Assembly (NCBI GenBank): GCA_035283265.1
Contig: DATEUD010000049.1
Location: 1-60,778 of the forward strand
Reading direction: 5' to 3'
DNA from: Nitrososphaera sp.
GTDB taxonomy: Archaea; Thermoproteota; Nitrososphaeria; Nitrososphaerales; Nitrososphaeraceae
Length of the DNA stretch: 60,778 nucleotides
Every line of letters starts with the position of its first letter. Position 1 is the first letter of the stretch. The position numbers and the translations under genes were made by a program. A model generated the notes under the pieces. The model worked only from the letters and a program-made list of their open reading frames with translations, did not search any database and was not told the origin of the DNA. Shown in pieces: positions 10,306 through 20,143 of this stretch.

Positions 10306-10449
10306 CTAAGTGTTATCCGGACGCCAGCCCTTGCCATTGCATTTTAAGCACTTTGGAATTACTGAGGTGAACGTATTGGCATATACTGATAGACCTTTTT
10401 CGAATCTATGCATACCGCCCCCAAGACAGTCCGAGCACAGCCTTGCCAT
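10306..10449 (-). CDS. Micro-protein (47 aa) with two CxxCxGxG (DnaJ-type zinc-finger) repeats; not in ORF track
   Basis: MARLCSDCLGGGMHRFEKGLSVYANTFTSVIPKCLKCNGKGWRPDNT*. Confidence 0.6.
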   Translation of the reverse strand: MARLCSDCLGGGMHRFEKGLSVYANTFTSVIPKCLKCNGKGWRPDNT

Positions 10450-11052
10450 TTTCTATCTTTGACAATGCCCAGTTAAGCCTTTTCTCATTTTCTGCTATGT
10501 CTATGAAAATGCGAGATGTCAGATATCGCGCAAGTAGCTAAAGGCTCAAAGAGCCATGCAAGCGATGGTCATTAACTACCTAATAGTGGCTCTCTTCTAC
10601 TGCAACAAATGCATATCAATTGTATAGCTTCATTGTCGGACACCGGCATTATGACGCCAAAACTAGAAGAGCCGCATCTTGAGCAGGTCTTTCGTTCTTC
10701 GTGGGGTTCAAGTAGCGTCAATGACAAGATCCTCCTGTTTGACTCTGCAACCTACCAATAAAAGGGGGAAAAGCTACAAATGTCATATGGTCTTTGTTGA
10801 CTACCTTTGTGATGTAAAACGACCGATATTATCATTATTATAGTCTTGAAAACCATTGTCTGTGCTGCGCAGGAGATTGGTTGAAACTTGTGCGTCACTT
10901 CCAGAGCGATGAAAGATGGCCTGTGTTAATACTGATAACTCTCCGCGACATAGACTCGTCTACGGTCATAACCAACGATAAGTTGACAAAGCCGGAGCAG
11001 GCCACCTTGATTCTGAGATGTACAAGATCATTCTCTAAGTCGTGAACCTTCT

Positions 11053-11074
11053 CGTCATTTCATGACAGGCCCCT
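11053..11074 (+). repeat. Dispersed intergenic motif copy 3
   Basis: cgtcatttcatgacaggcccct. Confidence 0.75.
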
Positions 11075-11247
11075 CGCTGTATGCTTGTTCGCTTCTTCCG
11101 TTGCTTTTTTATCAAGAGCAAGGTCACAGGTGTAACACCTGCTCGATCCCAGTTATCTGACCGCCAGTACCATTTTTTGGGTTGGTTGCTAATGACCAAC
11201 GAAATGGTTTTAGTTATGGAATCACAACAACATCTAGTTACCTATAG

Positions 11248-12021
11248 TTGGCAAAGGAAAATTACTTTCTTGGACTTGAACAGCCTGATTCTGTATTGTT
11301 TCATCACGGACTAGAGTGGCTGATTCAAAATGCAAAGAAGGCTCCGTTTTCATCATCGGCAGGGTGGGTCGCGGTAAATTCTAGGGAGAGCATAAGCAAT
11401 ATAGCAAAGCATTACGGATTTGGGAGATTTGCCTTATTTCATAAACCAAATGTAACTCGAACTATCATCGAAGATTGTCTTATTGAACTTGTTACAAAGT
11501 TTTCAATTCCAAAAGACGGTCTAGACAGACCCCTCTTGGTTTTTCATCCTACAGTTGACTTCCTGAAGGCTCTTGAAGGCATAAATAATGTCCACAAGAT
11601 CTTGGTTATTCCTTGGCTTGCGCAAGAAGTCGATGAGTGGGCGAAAAGGAATTTTGCAAAGGACCTAGACAACTTAGATCTCCCATCAATCTATGTTGAT
11701 GAAGTAGCAATAACTGCCTTTAAGCACCTTAGATTTGCATTCACCGAATCACCCCAGGCGACTCCCGTTCTGCATCGAAACGCGATATGCCAGACGCTCC
11801 AGATACTGATCGAAAATGGCATAAGATTCGAACCACAGGCGTTACAGTCTGCACTGGTTCAAAAATGTGGATTGGGCCCGGTATCGGCAAAGCAAATAGG
11901 AGAACTTGCAGAAATATTTCTATCGAGCAAAATACCCTCCAGATATGATGGCCGCGGACCTTGGGAGGGAGACATAATCAAGCTATGGAAAATCGAAGCA
12001 GCCAAGGCAGATACGAAATGA
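11248..12021 (+). CDS. Hypothetical protein (C-terminus possibly DUF1889-like)
   Basis: 257-aa ORF with TTG start; family resemblance is tentative. Confidence 0.65.
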   Translation: MAKENYFLGLEQPDSVLFHHGLEWLIQNAKKAPFSSSAGWVAVNSRESISNIAKHYGFGRFALFHKPNVTRTIIEDCLIELVTKFSIPKDGLDRPLLVFHPTVDFLKALEGINNVHKILVIPWLAQEVDEWAKRNFAKDLDNLDLPSIYVDEVAITAFKHLRFAFTESPQATPVLHRNAICQTLQILIENGIRFEPQALQSALVQKCGLGPVSAKQIGELAEIFLSSKIPSRYDGRGPWEGDIIKLWKIEAAKADTK

Positions 12022-12187
12022 TGTACCTGGCGGTTCTCGGCTATTCCATCTACTGAGAATAAAACTGTATAGGGATCAAGCAAAGTAACCCACTAAAAAA
12101 GGAAGCCACTTTCCCTTTCTGCCTTCAATTCATTCGTTAGAGGATTGCCGCCATCAAAAGAAAAAGATGAGAAAAGCGGGTGCGCAT

Positions 12188-12457
12188 TTACTGCTCTATT
12201 TCCGACGTCTTCATTGGGCCAGCTATGGCATCCATGTGTTGATAGACCGTAAGGAATTTTAGACCTTTGGCTGTCGTCTTGTATTTATTCTCGCCCTCTT
12301 CATATTCGAGTAAGCCATTTTCGGTCAGAACTGAAAGATATTCTTTGAGCTGCGCATAGGATAGGAAAGCTGAATACATTATCCTAGTCTTGCTCGTGCC
12401 GCCATTTGCTGATTCCAAGATCTGCGATGTGATGTCTGTCCGGCTTCGGTATTTCAT
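12188..12457 (-). CDS. Archaeal winged-helix DNA-binding protein (HTH_45-like)
   Basis: MKYRSRTDI..QIL...KTRIMYSAFLSYAQLKEYL..L...GLL....Y.TT.KG. Confidence 0.9.
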   Translation of the reverse strand: MKYRSRTDITSQILESANGGTSKTRIMYSAFLSYAQLKEYLSVLTENGLLEYEEGENKYKTTAKGLKFLTVYQHMDAIAGPMKTSEIEQ

Positions 12458-12604
12458 ATTTCTCTGTCATACATTTCTAGGATTTAATACTATATAACAT
12501 GCCTGATGTGAAGTTATAGAAGATTGTACTCGCGACGAAATGAAATCGTTAGTCGACTATAGACAGACGAATATTAGCCAACAGCTGCTTATTATTACTA
12601 CCGG

Positions 12605-12748
12605 ATGCAAAAAATGATGATTTACGGCTGCAAGGTATGCCGTGAGATCTTTTTCTTCAAACCGGAGAGGGATGACCACGTTTGGGACACAGGCCATGCT
12701 GTATTTTATGAATTGGATTTAGAGACACCGAGTCATTTCATAGCATGA
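12605..12748 (+). CDS. C2H2-type zinc-finger micro-protein (47 aa); not in ORF track
   Basis: MQKMMIYGCKVCREIFFFKPERDDHVWDTGHAVFYELDLETPSHFIA*; AT-rich box upstream; divergent from the wHTH gene. Confidence 0.65.
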   Translation: MQKMMIYGCKVCREIFFFKPERDDHVWDTGHAVFYELDLETPSHFIA

Positions 12749-13139
12749 AGGAAGAGTGTGCTCATCTATTGAACATTTGCTTTTTTCCATGCTCAAGCAC
12801 ACTACCCCATTAATCAGTCGCTATCCGCACAAATTCAGAAACTTGCTTGCCTTTCTCTTGAGAGAGTGCTGATATTCCGCCAAGCAAACTTTAAGCTACC
12901 ATGCCTTTCTCCGCAAGTACTTGAGCAACTCTCAACTCTCAAGAGTATTTCCTATCATACAAACGAGCAATGACTTCCCATTAACTCCTCCAAATGCGTT
13001 ATCCGGTTCCTTTGTTCTCTGATCCTTCTTTTTGTCGGTCAAGAACGAAGTCTTAGTGTAACGTCTTGTACGCATCGTAAGATGGCGGGGGTCATCGTGT
13101 CAGCGATGGAGGATGTCCTGAGATGAGCTTTGGACCGAA

Positions 13140-13290
13140 CTATACCAAGTCGCAAAAGTTCCCTAACAGCCATTTCCAGCGATGTGACTAACTCTGCCGG
13201 TTCCTTCTGCTCAATAATTAGTCATATGTCGATGTTTTGCTGAATAGACGCGCGCAATGATTGTTAGAAAACTTTGGCGACTTGGTATAG
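13140..13290. mobile_element. MITE-like element (151 bp) with ~30-bp terminal inverted repeats, possibly IS630/Tc1-type
   Basis: Left ctataccaagtcgcaaaagttccctaaca vs right (revcomp) ctataccaagtcgccaaagttttctaaca; TA-flanked ends; no ORF inside. Confidence 0.7.
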
Positions 13291-13346
13291 CTGATTAGTT
13301 TGTCGATACAGCTATGTGTATAGTTGCTTCCAAAGCAGGAAATGAG

Positions 13347-13685
13347 CTAGTACCCAGCTCTTTTCATTTTAGAGCCACACTTCGGACAAAATGATTCTCT
13401 ATGTTTAACCCCGCAGCTCATGCAATAATAGTTCACTCCACCGGAAAATCCGTCAGGACCAGGGCTCATGAACCCAACATGACCATCATTCGAGCCCATC
13501 CTTCTCAACAACCTTCTGCGTTGGTAGTAACTCAATCCGATAAAGACTCCGAAGATAGCTATGAGATTTACTGGAAAGGGAAGTAGTATTGAGAGCGCGA
13601 GACTAATTACAAGGGATATGCCTATCCACGCTAATTGGACTTTGAGAAAGTACCTCGTAGTTGGATCCATCGAGTATGCAGTCAT
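13347..13685 (-). CDS. Membrane protein with C-terminal zinc ribbon
   Basis: Two TM helices, then CMSCG...CPKCG. Confidence 0.8.
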   Translation of the reverse strand: MTAYSMDPTTRYFLKVQLAWIGISLVISLALSILLPFPVNLIAIFGVFIGLSYYQRRRLLRRMGSNDGHVGFMSPGPDGFSGGVNYYCMSCGVKHRESFCPKCGSKMKRAGY

Positions 13686-13741
13686 ATCGATAGTAGAGTA
13701 AAAGGCTATTGTTCTGTAGCTCCATACGACATACGGAAATA

Positions 13742-13933
13742 TTATCCGTTTACCACCAGCGAAATAACAAAACCTGCTGCGGTTGAGATTAATCCCAAAA
13801 TCAATCTATTCTTTGGCATCTTTCTGTCATCATTTCTAAGAACAAAGTACATGATCAATCCTCCAATAATACCCAAGAATATGGGCAAAAAATACCAGGT
13901 TTTACTTATTCTACTTTGCAGACATCGTATCAT
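13742..13933 (-). CDS. Small membrane protein
   Basis: WYFLPIFLGIIGGLIMYFVLRNDD followed by a second TM. Confidence 0.6.
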   Translation of the reverse strand: MIRCLQSRISKTWYFLPIFLGIIGGLIMYFVLRNDDRKMPKNRLILGLISTAAGFVISLVVNG

Positions 13934-14049
13934 CTGACATTATTTGTTATCAAATGACGACTTATTTAAAGGATATTTCTACGCAAGTTATCTGGCGCGT
14001 TTTCCTCATCTATACATAAAAACAGACCATTCAGCCGAATTAGCAGAAC

Positions 14050-14071
14050 CGTCATTTCATGGCAGGCCCTG
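14050..14071 (+). repeat. Dispersed intergenic motif copy 4
   Basis: cgtcatttcatggcaggccctg. Confidence 0.75.
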
Positions 14072-14349
14072 GGTATGTATCTGGGTGCAGTTCAACATGT
14101 CTTGATTAAGAAGAAAAAAGAAAGCGAAAGGAGACATGCCGGTCCGCAATCTATCAAGGTTACTTGCGTCTCTAATGTGCTGAACCACATGGATCTGCCT
14201 GCTTTATTCCACACTTTGGCATCTCGTCTGCTGATCCTGTATCGTCGTCGCCTACCGGCCAATCATTTTCAAGGTCGTCATTCAAGTCTTGATTGAGGTC
14301 GAACGGGTTTTCTACGTTGAAGGCGTATGGTGAGTAATTAGACAACCCG

Positions 14350-14655
14350 TCAGACGCTGTCAGGGAAATTATTTGCTACCGCAAGGAATCTGATAAAAGC
14401 ATGTGCCAGATTGCGGCGTTCAAGCTGTTCAATCTTTGCTATTTGCTCGTCTGTCATGCGGAAGCACTTTCCCAGGATTGTTGCTACCAACCTGTCCGTG
14501 TCTTCAAAATACTTTTTTGTTGATTTGTGGTTAAGAGCATTCAGCTTTCTATCCCTCTCTTCACCCATTGTCATGATCACTCTGATCTCATCAGCTGTAA
14601 GAGCGTCATAGACAACATATTCTCTGCCGTTATGATGGAATGTTATGTGCTCCAC
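14350..14655 (-). CDS. Hypothetical protein
   Basis: 101-aa ORF with protein-like composition. Confidence 0.6.
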   Translation of the reverse strand: MEHITFHHNGREYVVYDALTADEIRVIMTMGEERDRKLNALNHKSTKKYFEDTDRLVATILGKCFRMTDEQIAKIEQLERRNLAHAFIRFLAVANNFPDSV

Positions 14656-14805
14656 GGTTAAACTTGTGCTGTGGCATTTGCTTATTAGCTTTCAGTCCTG
14701 AAGCCTGCTCACTAGCTATAGACCTGTAGTTCCGCAAATGGAGGGCTTCCTGCTTTGCACGTAGATGCGCTACGGCCTTTAACCTCTAAACAGAATCCAT
14801 CCAAC

Positions 14806-14830
14806 TTCACAAAATAAGCGATTTTGTGAA
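14806..14830. promoter_or_regulatory. Perfect palindrome, candidate operator or recombination site
   Basis: TTCACAAAAT-AAGCG-ATTTTGTGAA; 15-bp core CACAAAATAAGCGAT recurs at 2391-2405. Confidence 0.45.
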
Positions 14831-15403
14831 TCATCAGCTCAATCCCCGGAGGTTGGCTGATTTTCTTTTCTGCCTTCATGAATGCTTAAGGAGCTAAATT
14901 TCGTCAACAATTAGCACATGGGCGATAAGCAATTCTCGCACAGGAATTTGCTGCATCTCTGGAACGCCTCGTAGCTTCATCGCTAACATCTGGCTAATGG
15001 CCTCATTTACAGCCGTAGGGTAGCCAATCCAAAACCTATACCTACGGCGAAAAATGTGGATCCCAAAGTTAGGAGGATGCTTGCAATCAGTTGAACTATT
15101 AACCTATCTACCGTGCAGAGCCTTTCTTCCATTTGCGCTATGGTTGTTCCTACTGTTCTCGGTTTTCGTCATGTTCGCTTACAAGAAGCTGGAAGTAATG
15201 CGGCCCTACATGTAGCTTGGTGATGCAAATCGTAATGCGCAGGATCGACTCCGGCTGCCACAAGAGTAAACCCTATTATGAAAATCCTTCGAGAGGTCGG
15301 TAGTGCGACTGAGGTCACAAGCTGGCTAATTTTGTGACTTTGGATCCTAAAACCACACTACTGATGTTGCCAGCTGAAAGGAAAATGCCTTGTATTAGAA
15401 ACG

Positions 15404-17185
15404 TTAGGTATTGCCGACAGCACTGTGATCTATTCTGGTTCTGGGTAAAGAGAACTTTATCGAAGTACCGCCTTTGTAGCTTTCCTCCACCCATATTTTT
15501 CCTCCGTGTGCTTCAATGATCCCTTTGCAGATTACCAGGCCCAAGCCGGTTCCACCATGCTTTCTGGTTGAGCTTGTATCAATCTGATAGAACTTTTGGA
15601 ACAGTTTGTCGACCCTGTCTGGTGGGATGCCCTGCCCGTTGTCTTCGACGGAAAAGATTACTTTGGAGTCTTCACCCTGTTCTGCCTTTACAGTTATCCT
15701 TCCACCTTGTGAGGGCACAAAATCTGCCGAGTTTTCGATCAAGTTAGAAAAGACTTGATCAATCCGCTTAGGATCACAAAAAACCGTACCCGAAGTATTT
15801 ATTCTAGCCCTAACATTTATCTGTTTGTCTGCTAGGATGGGGCTGAGATCTGATATATTTCTTTTAACAAGCTCTGAAATCTCTGTTTCGTATTTTAAGA
15901 AAGTCATCTTTTCCATATGAAGCTTGTATACAGAAAGCACATCTTGCACAAGAGTCTCGAGCTTCTCGCAGCTCCTTGAGATGGTCCGTATGGCCTTTTT
16001 TTGTTTGTCATTAAGATCGCCAAAGAGACTCGGCTGTTGAAGCAGCATTTCGCTATAGCCCTTGATTGGTACAAGAGGAGTCTTTAGTTCATGACTTACC
16101 ATTGAAATAAACTCCTCTTTTGCCTTCTCCGCCTGTTTCATCTCTTCAAGAGCAGCTTGCGACATTTTTTTCTTCTCGAACAGCTGCGTGTTCAGGGCTT
16201 GAAGCTGGTCTGCGAGCCTCTGGACAGAATCAAAAGAATTACGCATATAGATACCAAACACAACGGTGATTCCTGCTGTAATCAGGCCCATACTCAGCGT
16301 CTGGCTTCTGATTGAATTTACAGGTGCTAAGGCTTGTTCGTATGGCTCAAAGGACATTACCACCCATGTGGTAGACAGGACCTTAACAGGGTGATACGCG
16401 ATAAGTGTCTTTATACCATTGACGTCCTCGATAAAGTACCCACCTTCTCCAGCCACTGCCTTATCAAAAGCGACTAGGGGACGGTAACTATCCATTTCTA
16501 ACGCTAATTGTCTATCGGATTCTGCAACAGGTATTCCATGCTGGTCGGCCAAGACATAATGGGTATTTAGAGTTTGTATCTCGCTAAGTGTAGCTTCAAT
16601 CACTGATAGGTTAAGCGCTCCAACCCAGATTGCTTTCAATTTGCCGTCACTGTCATAGATGGGGGTTGCAATCGACGCGACATTCATACCCGGTTCTTGG
16701 GAGCGTATGACTCCACCTAGGTACTGTGAACGATTATTGATTACACCTTGATAATAGTCATGAAAGCTAAGATTATTACTAGTTAAATTCTTCTGAGCCG
16801 AGTACGGCTCCACCACATATACATCGCCGTTGGGGAGGAGAAGGCCAATAGTTACAAATTTATCGTACTGCTCGAGGATGGAGCGGCTGACCTGTCTCGT
16901 TTTCATTCCCTCGTTCTCGGAAACTCCATGCAACGATGGATGGATTCGTTCCGAGTAGATATTCTCTTTTGTTGAATCAAGACCTGCCGTAATCCTAAGA
17001 ATGGTGGCCGCGTCGTTCAGACTGAGCATTGATCTTGATGCAAGGATGTCTGCTTCACTAATTTTCGCGCCTATCATCTGCTTCTCTGCTTGTAGAGCTT
17101 GATACTCTCCAAAGTATGTCACGCTCGCACCGGCAGCAATAGTAGTAATGGCAATGAGCGCCTGTAGCTTCTTGTTTGTTTTCAA
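15404..17185 (-). CDS. Membrane sensor histidine kinase (Cache + HisKA + HATPase)
   Basis: Two TMs flanking a Cache-like region; SHELKTPL, NLIENS, DNGQGI, GGTGLGL. Confidence 0.95.
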   Translation of the reverse strand: MKTNKKLQALIAITTIAAGASVTYFGEYQALQAEKQMIGAKISEADILASRSMLSLNDAATILRITAGLDSTKENIYSERIHPSLHGVSENEGMKTRQVSRSILEQYDKFVTIGLLLPNGDVYVVEPYSAQKNLTSNNLSFHDYYQGVINNRSQYLGGVIRSQEPGMNVASIATPIYDSDGKLKAIWVGALNLSVIEATLSEIQTLNTHYVLADQHGIPVAESDRQLALEMDSYRPLVAFDKAVAGEGGYFIEDVNGIKTLIAYHPVKVLSTTWVVMSFEPYEQALAPVNSIRSQTLSMGLITAGITVVFGIYMRNSFDSVQRLADQLQALNTQLFEKKKMSQAALEEMKQAEKAKEEFISMVSHELKTPLVPIKGYSEMLLQQPSLFGDLNDKQKKAIRTISRSCEKLETLVQDVLSVYKLHMEKMTFLKYETEISELVKRNISDLSPILADKQINVRARINTSGTVFCDPKRIDQVFSNLIENSADFVPSQGGRITVKAEQGEDSKVIFSVEDNGQGIPPDRVDKLFQKFYQIDTSSTRKHGGTGLGLVICKGIIEAHGGKIWVEESYKGGTSIKFSLPRTRIDHSAVGNT

Positions 17186-17234
17186 CAGGGATCACCACGG
17201 TTCGATAAAATACGTACGGCTTGCTAGACGTACA

Positions 17235-17777
17235 TTACTGAGATACATCGATGATCTTCTTGATATCCGCGTGGGTGCTTCTTAGCCTCGTTAGTTGCTC
17301 TAATAGCGCTGCTAGCTGGTTATGGTCTGGATTCCAAGTCTTGAGATGTTTGATGTCCACATTGATACGTGATAATTGCTCATACACCTTCTTATCCTCA
17401 ATTATGTTTACCAAATCTTGAATCGCAAAGGGCTTTGGCAGCAGCTCGACAACCATTCGAAGTTCCCTCAGAGCTTCAGCAAGTGTATCTGCAACATGTG
17501 CAGACGCGAATATTAATCTCTGATCAGGTTTCAACTCCAGAATTCGCTTCGCTGCCTCCAAGCCGTCCATTACAGGCATGCTGTAATCGAGAACGACGAC
17601 ATCAAACATCTTTTTTGAGTCGCCTTTCGATCTTTTCAATGCTGCTTTATATGTGGTAAGACAATCCTTGCCATTCTTTGTGAGCATTACCTCATGGCCT
17701 CTTGCGCCGAGCGCAACCATGTAAAGCTCACCAGTGTTATCATCATCTTCTGCAATCAATATCTTCACAAACGGCAT
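17235..17777 (-). CDS. Response regulator (receiver domain plus short C-terminal extension)
   Basis: ILIAEDD, LDYSMPVMDGL, FASA, KPF. Confidence 0.9.
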   Translation of the reverse strand: MPFVKILIAEDDDNTGELYMVALGARGHEVMLTKNGKDCLTTYKAALKRSKGDSKKMFDVVVLDYSMPVMDGLEAAKRILELKPDQRLIFASAHVADTLAEALRELRMVVELLPKPFAIQDLVNIIEDKKVYEQLSRINVDIKHLKTWNPDHNQLAALLEQLTRLRSTHADIKKIIDVSQ

Positions 17778-18748
17778 CACCTTGACTAGAGCCCTGATGG
17801 ATAATAACGTCAAGATGTAATAATCACCTACACTACACCTAAACATTAAATTGGAAAATATCTTTGGGATGATGATGAAACTGGATTGAACGAGGGATAT
17901 TCTGACGCGTGCGAGAAAATCACTGCTTCAGAAATCCCTTCTTACAGCACATTTAGTAAAGTTAATTCAATGAACAGTTTCAGGTCGACGCGATCATTAT
18001 CGCCTATTAGTTCTACTAAGATGTCGCTATCATTACTTTTTCGAGCGCTACAGGCGACTTGCTTAGAAGCACTCCAGCTACCATTCCTGTAAATATAATC
18101 AAATCGAGCTATCTTTTATAGCTCTTGATTCTCGCAAAGGTGAGTCATAACTCAAGTAACGTGACAGTTGAGCCACCGTTAAATTCTAGACTTGCTCCAC
18201 CACGCTATTATTCCCTCAATATCATAAATAGCTCTGGGATACCGTCATGGGCAAGAATAATGAGAATACGATGAAGATATAAAAGTACAAAAAGACAGCA
18301 TTGAAACCCCTTTAAACATTAGTGGAGTTATTCCGGTGCAAAAGGGTTAAAATGACACCAAGCCCGAAAGTTGTTTTGCAACGGCGAGTAGAGCTTGTTA
18401 TTATGATACTGATTTTGGCCTAGGTTTTTCTTGCACAAGATGTCATGATACTCAAAATCTGGGTCGTTTGATGGCACACCAAGCTGCATCATCTCTCTCC
18501 GCCGCCAAATGGCATACACCTATGGGATCCGAAAGTCTTTCGTTGGTCTGGTAGGATGACTCTATATTCTACCAGGATATCAAGACGTGGATGTAGCTAT
18601 ACGTACTACTTGGCTTTATGGGGAAAGTGACGTACACGTTAGATGACCTCCGCTCTCGGCTGCAACACCAAGTTTCTGTCTAAACGCGACCTTGATAATG
18701 GGAATTGCATTTTCTTGAGAGTGTTGACTGTCCGGTTGAGGACATTAG

Positions 18749-19087
18749 GTGACCACATTTACTACACACACAGAATCATTAGAATGGCCTCTGTTAGAAC
18801 TAGTCTTGCACAAGCAGTATCCACGAAGATCTGAATCAGAACTTATAGAGGTTCTAGAATGTGAAGAATTCTACCGCATTTTGCGTGACAAAAAAATGAC
18901 TGAGCAAGACAGAATGGCTATTCAGGAGTTCGTATCAGGAGCTTTGACTAATTCTGAATGGGAGGATTTTCAGAAACATTGTTCTGACAACCGACTGAAC
19001 CCATATGAAGAGATGAGAGAACTAATTTATTCTACTTATGCAAAGATGTTAAGGAATAGTGTCCCGGGCAAGAGAAAAGCTGGCTGA
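18749..19087 (+). CDS. Hypothetical protein
   Basis: 112-aa charged helical ORF. Confidence 0.5.
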   Translation: MTTFTTHTESLEWPLLELVLHKQYPRRSESELIEVLECEEFYRILRDKKMTEQDRMAIQEFVSGALTNSEWEDFQKHCSDNRLNPYEEMRELIYSTYAKMLRNSVPGKRKAG

Positions 19088-19180
19088 TAACTACATAAAG
19101 TTCGTTAACATCAGCTTTTGTTGAATTCAAGACAAGATAAAACTAAAGTTGTAGCAATCAGGCTATGCTCTAAAGCATTG

Positions 19181-19200
19181 AGTCATTTCATGGCAGGCCC
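19181..19200 (+). repeat. Dispersed intergenic motif copy 5
   Basis: agtcatttcatggcaggccc. Confidence 0.75.
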
Positions 19201-19327
19201 AGGTATGCCTGATTTCTTCTTTCCACTACTCTGGCTTGTCAATATCAAAAATTGCCGATTTTCCAGAGGCTCTGTCAAATTTACGTGAATTGCTTAATCT
19301 TGGGACGTTACCAAGTGCGAAGATAAC

Positions 19328-19495
19328 TTACTTTGCATTCTGATCGAACTGTATTATTCCAAAAACCTATCCTTCCGTATCTTGGCATATTGCAAACCAA
19401 CCGACAGTAGGGATTGGCATCCTTGACATCAGTACCTTGCCATCTTTGTCCGGAATCTTCTGCGCGTATTCATGTACTGGAGGAACATCTAATGT
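19328..19495 (-). pseudogene. C-terminal remnant of a VOC/glyoxalase-family protein
   Basis: DVPPVHEYAQKIPDKDGKVLMSRMPIPTVGWFAICQDTEG*VFGIIQFDQNAK*. Confidence 0.7.
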
Positions 19496-19552
19496 TCTTT
19501 CCTTAGGATAATATTGAAGTAGAAGCAAGAGAACGCCCTTAAAGATAGCCTA

Positions 19553-20143
19553 ATGCCACCACCACCCTCGTCACCAGAAGGTACCACCCACTTGCCCGAA
19601 TATACAAGCCGGTGGTCTTCTAGATTTATTCTTGCTGCCATAGTCCAGGGCGCAATTATCACCGGTCTTACGCTGTTTTTCGTAGGAGCGCAGGTAATCA
19701 TTTCGGGAATCAACATAATCCAGTTTCCATCACTATCCTTTGAAGGACCCGCGAAGTGGTTCTTTCTTGGCTACATATTTTATCCAATTCTGGTTGTTGC
19801 AATAGCAGTAACTGCCGTATTCTACAATCATTTGGAAGTTAACATGAATAGAAGGATTAGTGGGATTAGGTCTGTGCTTGCATGGATCCATCTATTTGGA
19901 ATGAATGTTGGCGGCGCGGCAACTACTATTACGATGATCTTTGCCGGTCTGGCAGGCACCAGAATCATTGACATAATTCTAAGCGGGGCCAGTGCTCAAG
20001 CGATGGAAAATCTCCAACCAAACCTTACAATTATGGAACAGTTTGTATCCCCGATTGCTGCGCTTGCGGGATTGCTCAGCGTAGGAGTACTTTCCGGCGG
20101 GCTGGCCTTTGTTACCTCATATTACAAGAAGCACTCTAGCTAG
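19553..20143 (+). CDS. Four-TM membrane protein resembling the C-terminal helices of heme-copper oxidase subunit I
   Basis: LAWIHLFGMNVG...TMIFAGLAG pattern; four hydrophobic segments. Confidence 0.7.
   Translation: MPPPPSSPEGTTHLPEYTSRWSSRFILAAIVQGAIITGLTLFFVGAQVIISGINIIQFPSLSFEGPAKWFFLGYIFYPILVVAIAVTAVFYNHLEVNMNRRISGIRSVLAWIHLFGMNVGGAATTITMIFAGLAGTRIIDIILSGASAQAMENLQPNLTIMEQFVSPIAALAGLLSVGVLSGGLAFVTSYYKKHSS

Noticed and set aside
12721-12748. gagtcatttcatagc as a sixth motif copy
   Set aside because: Lacks the CAGGCCC half and lies inside a micro-ORF
15012-15048. 8-bp inverted repeat GCCGTAGG/CCTACGGC
   Set aside because: Short enough to arise by chance in 60 kb
17886-18834. Short ORFs between the response regulator and 18749
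   Set aside because: No motifs; probably decayed or non-coding
1139-19200. Dispersed motif as a CRISPR array or integron attC sites
   Set aside because: Spacing is kilobases, there are no RYYYAAC/GTTRRRY ends, and no cas or intI gene is in the window
3416-19369. Several remnants are interrupted by in-frame TAG (3416, 5656, 6283, 19367), suggesting amber recoding
   Set aside because: Core genes such as pyrE, trm1 and nop5 end normally in TAG, no pyl genes are visible, and other remnants break at TGA, TAA or frameshifts
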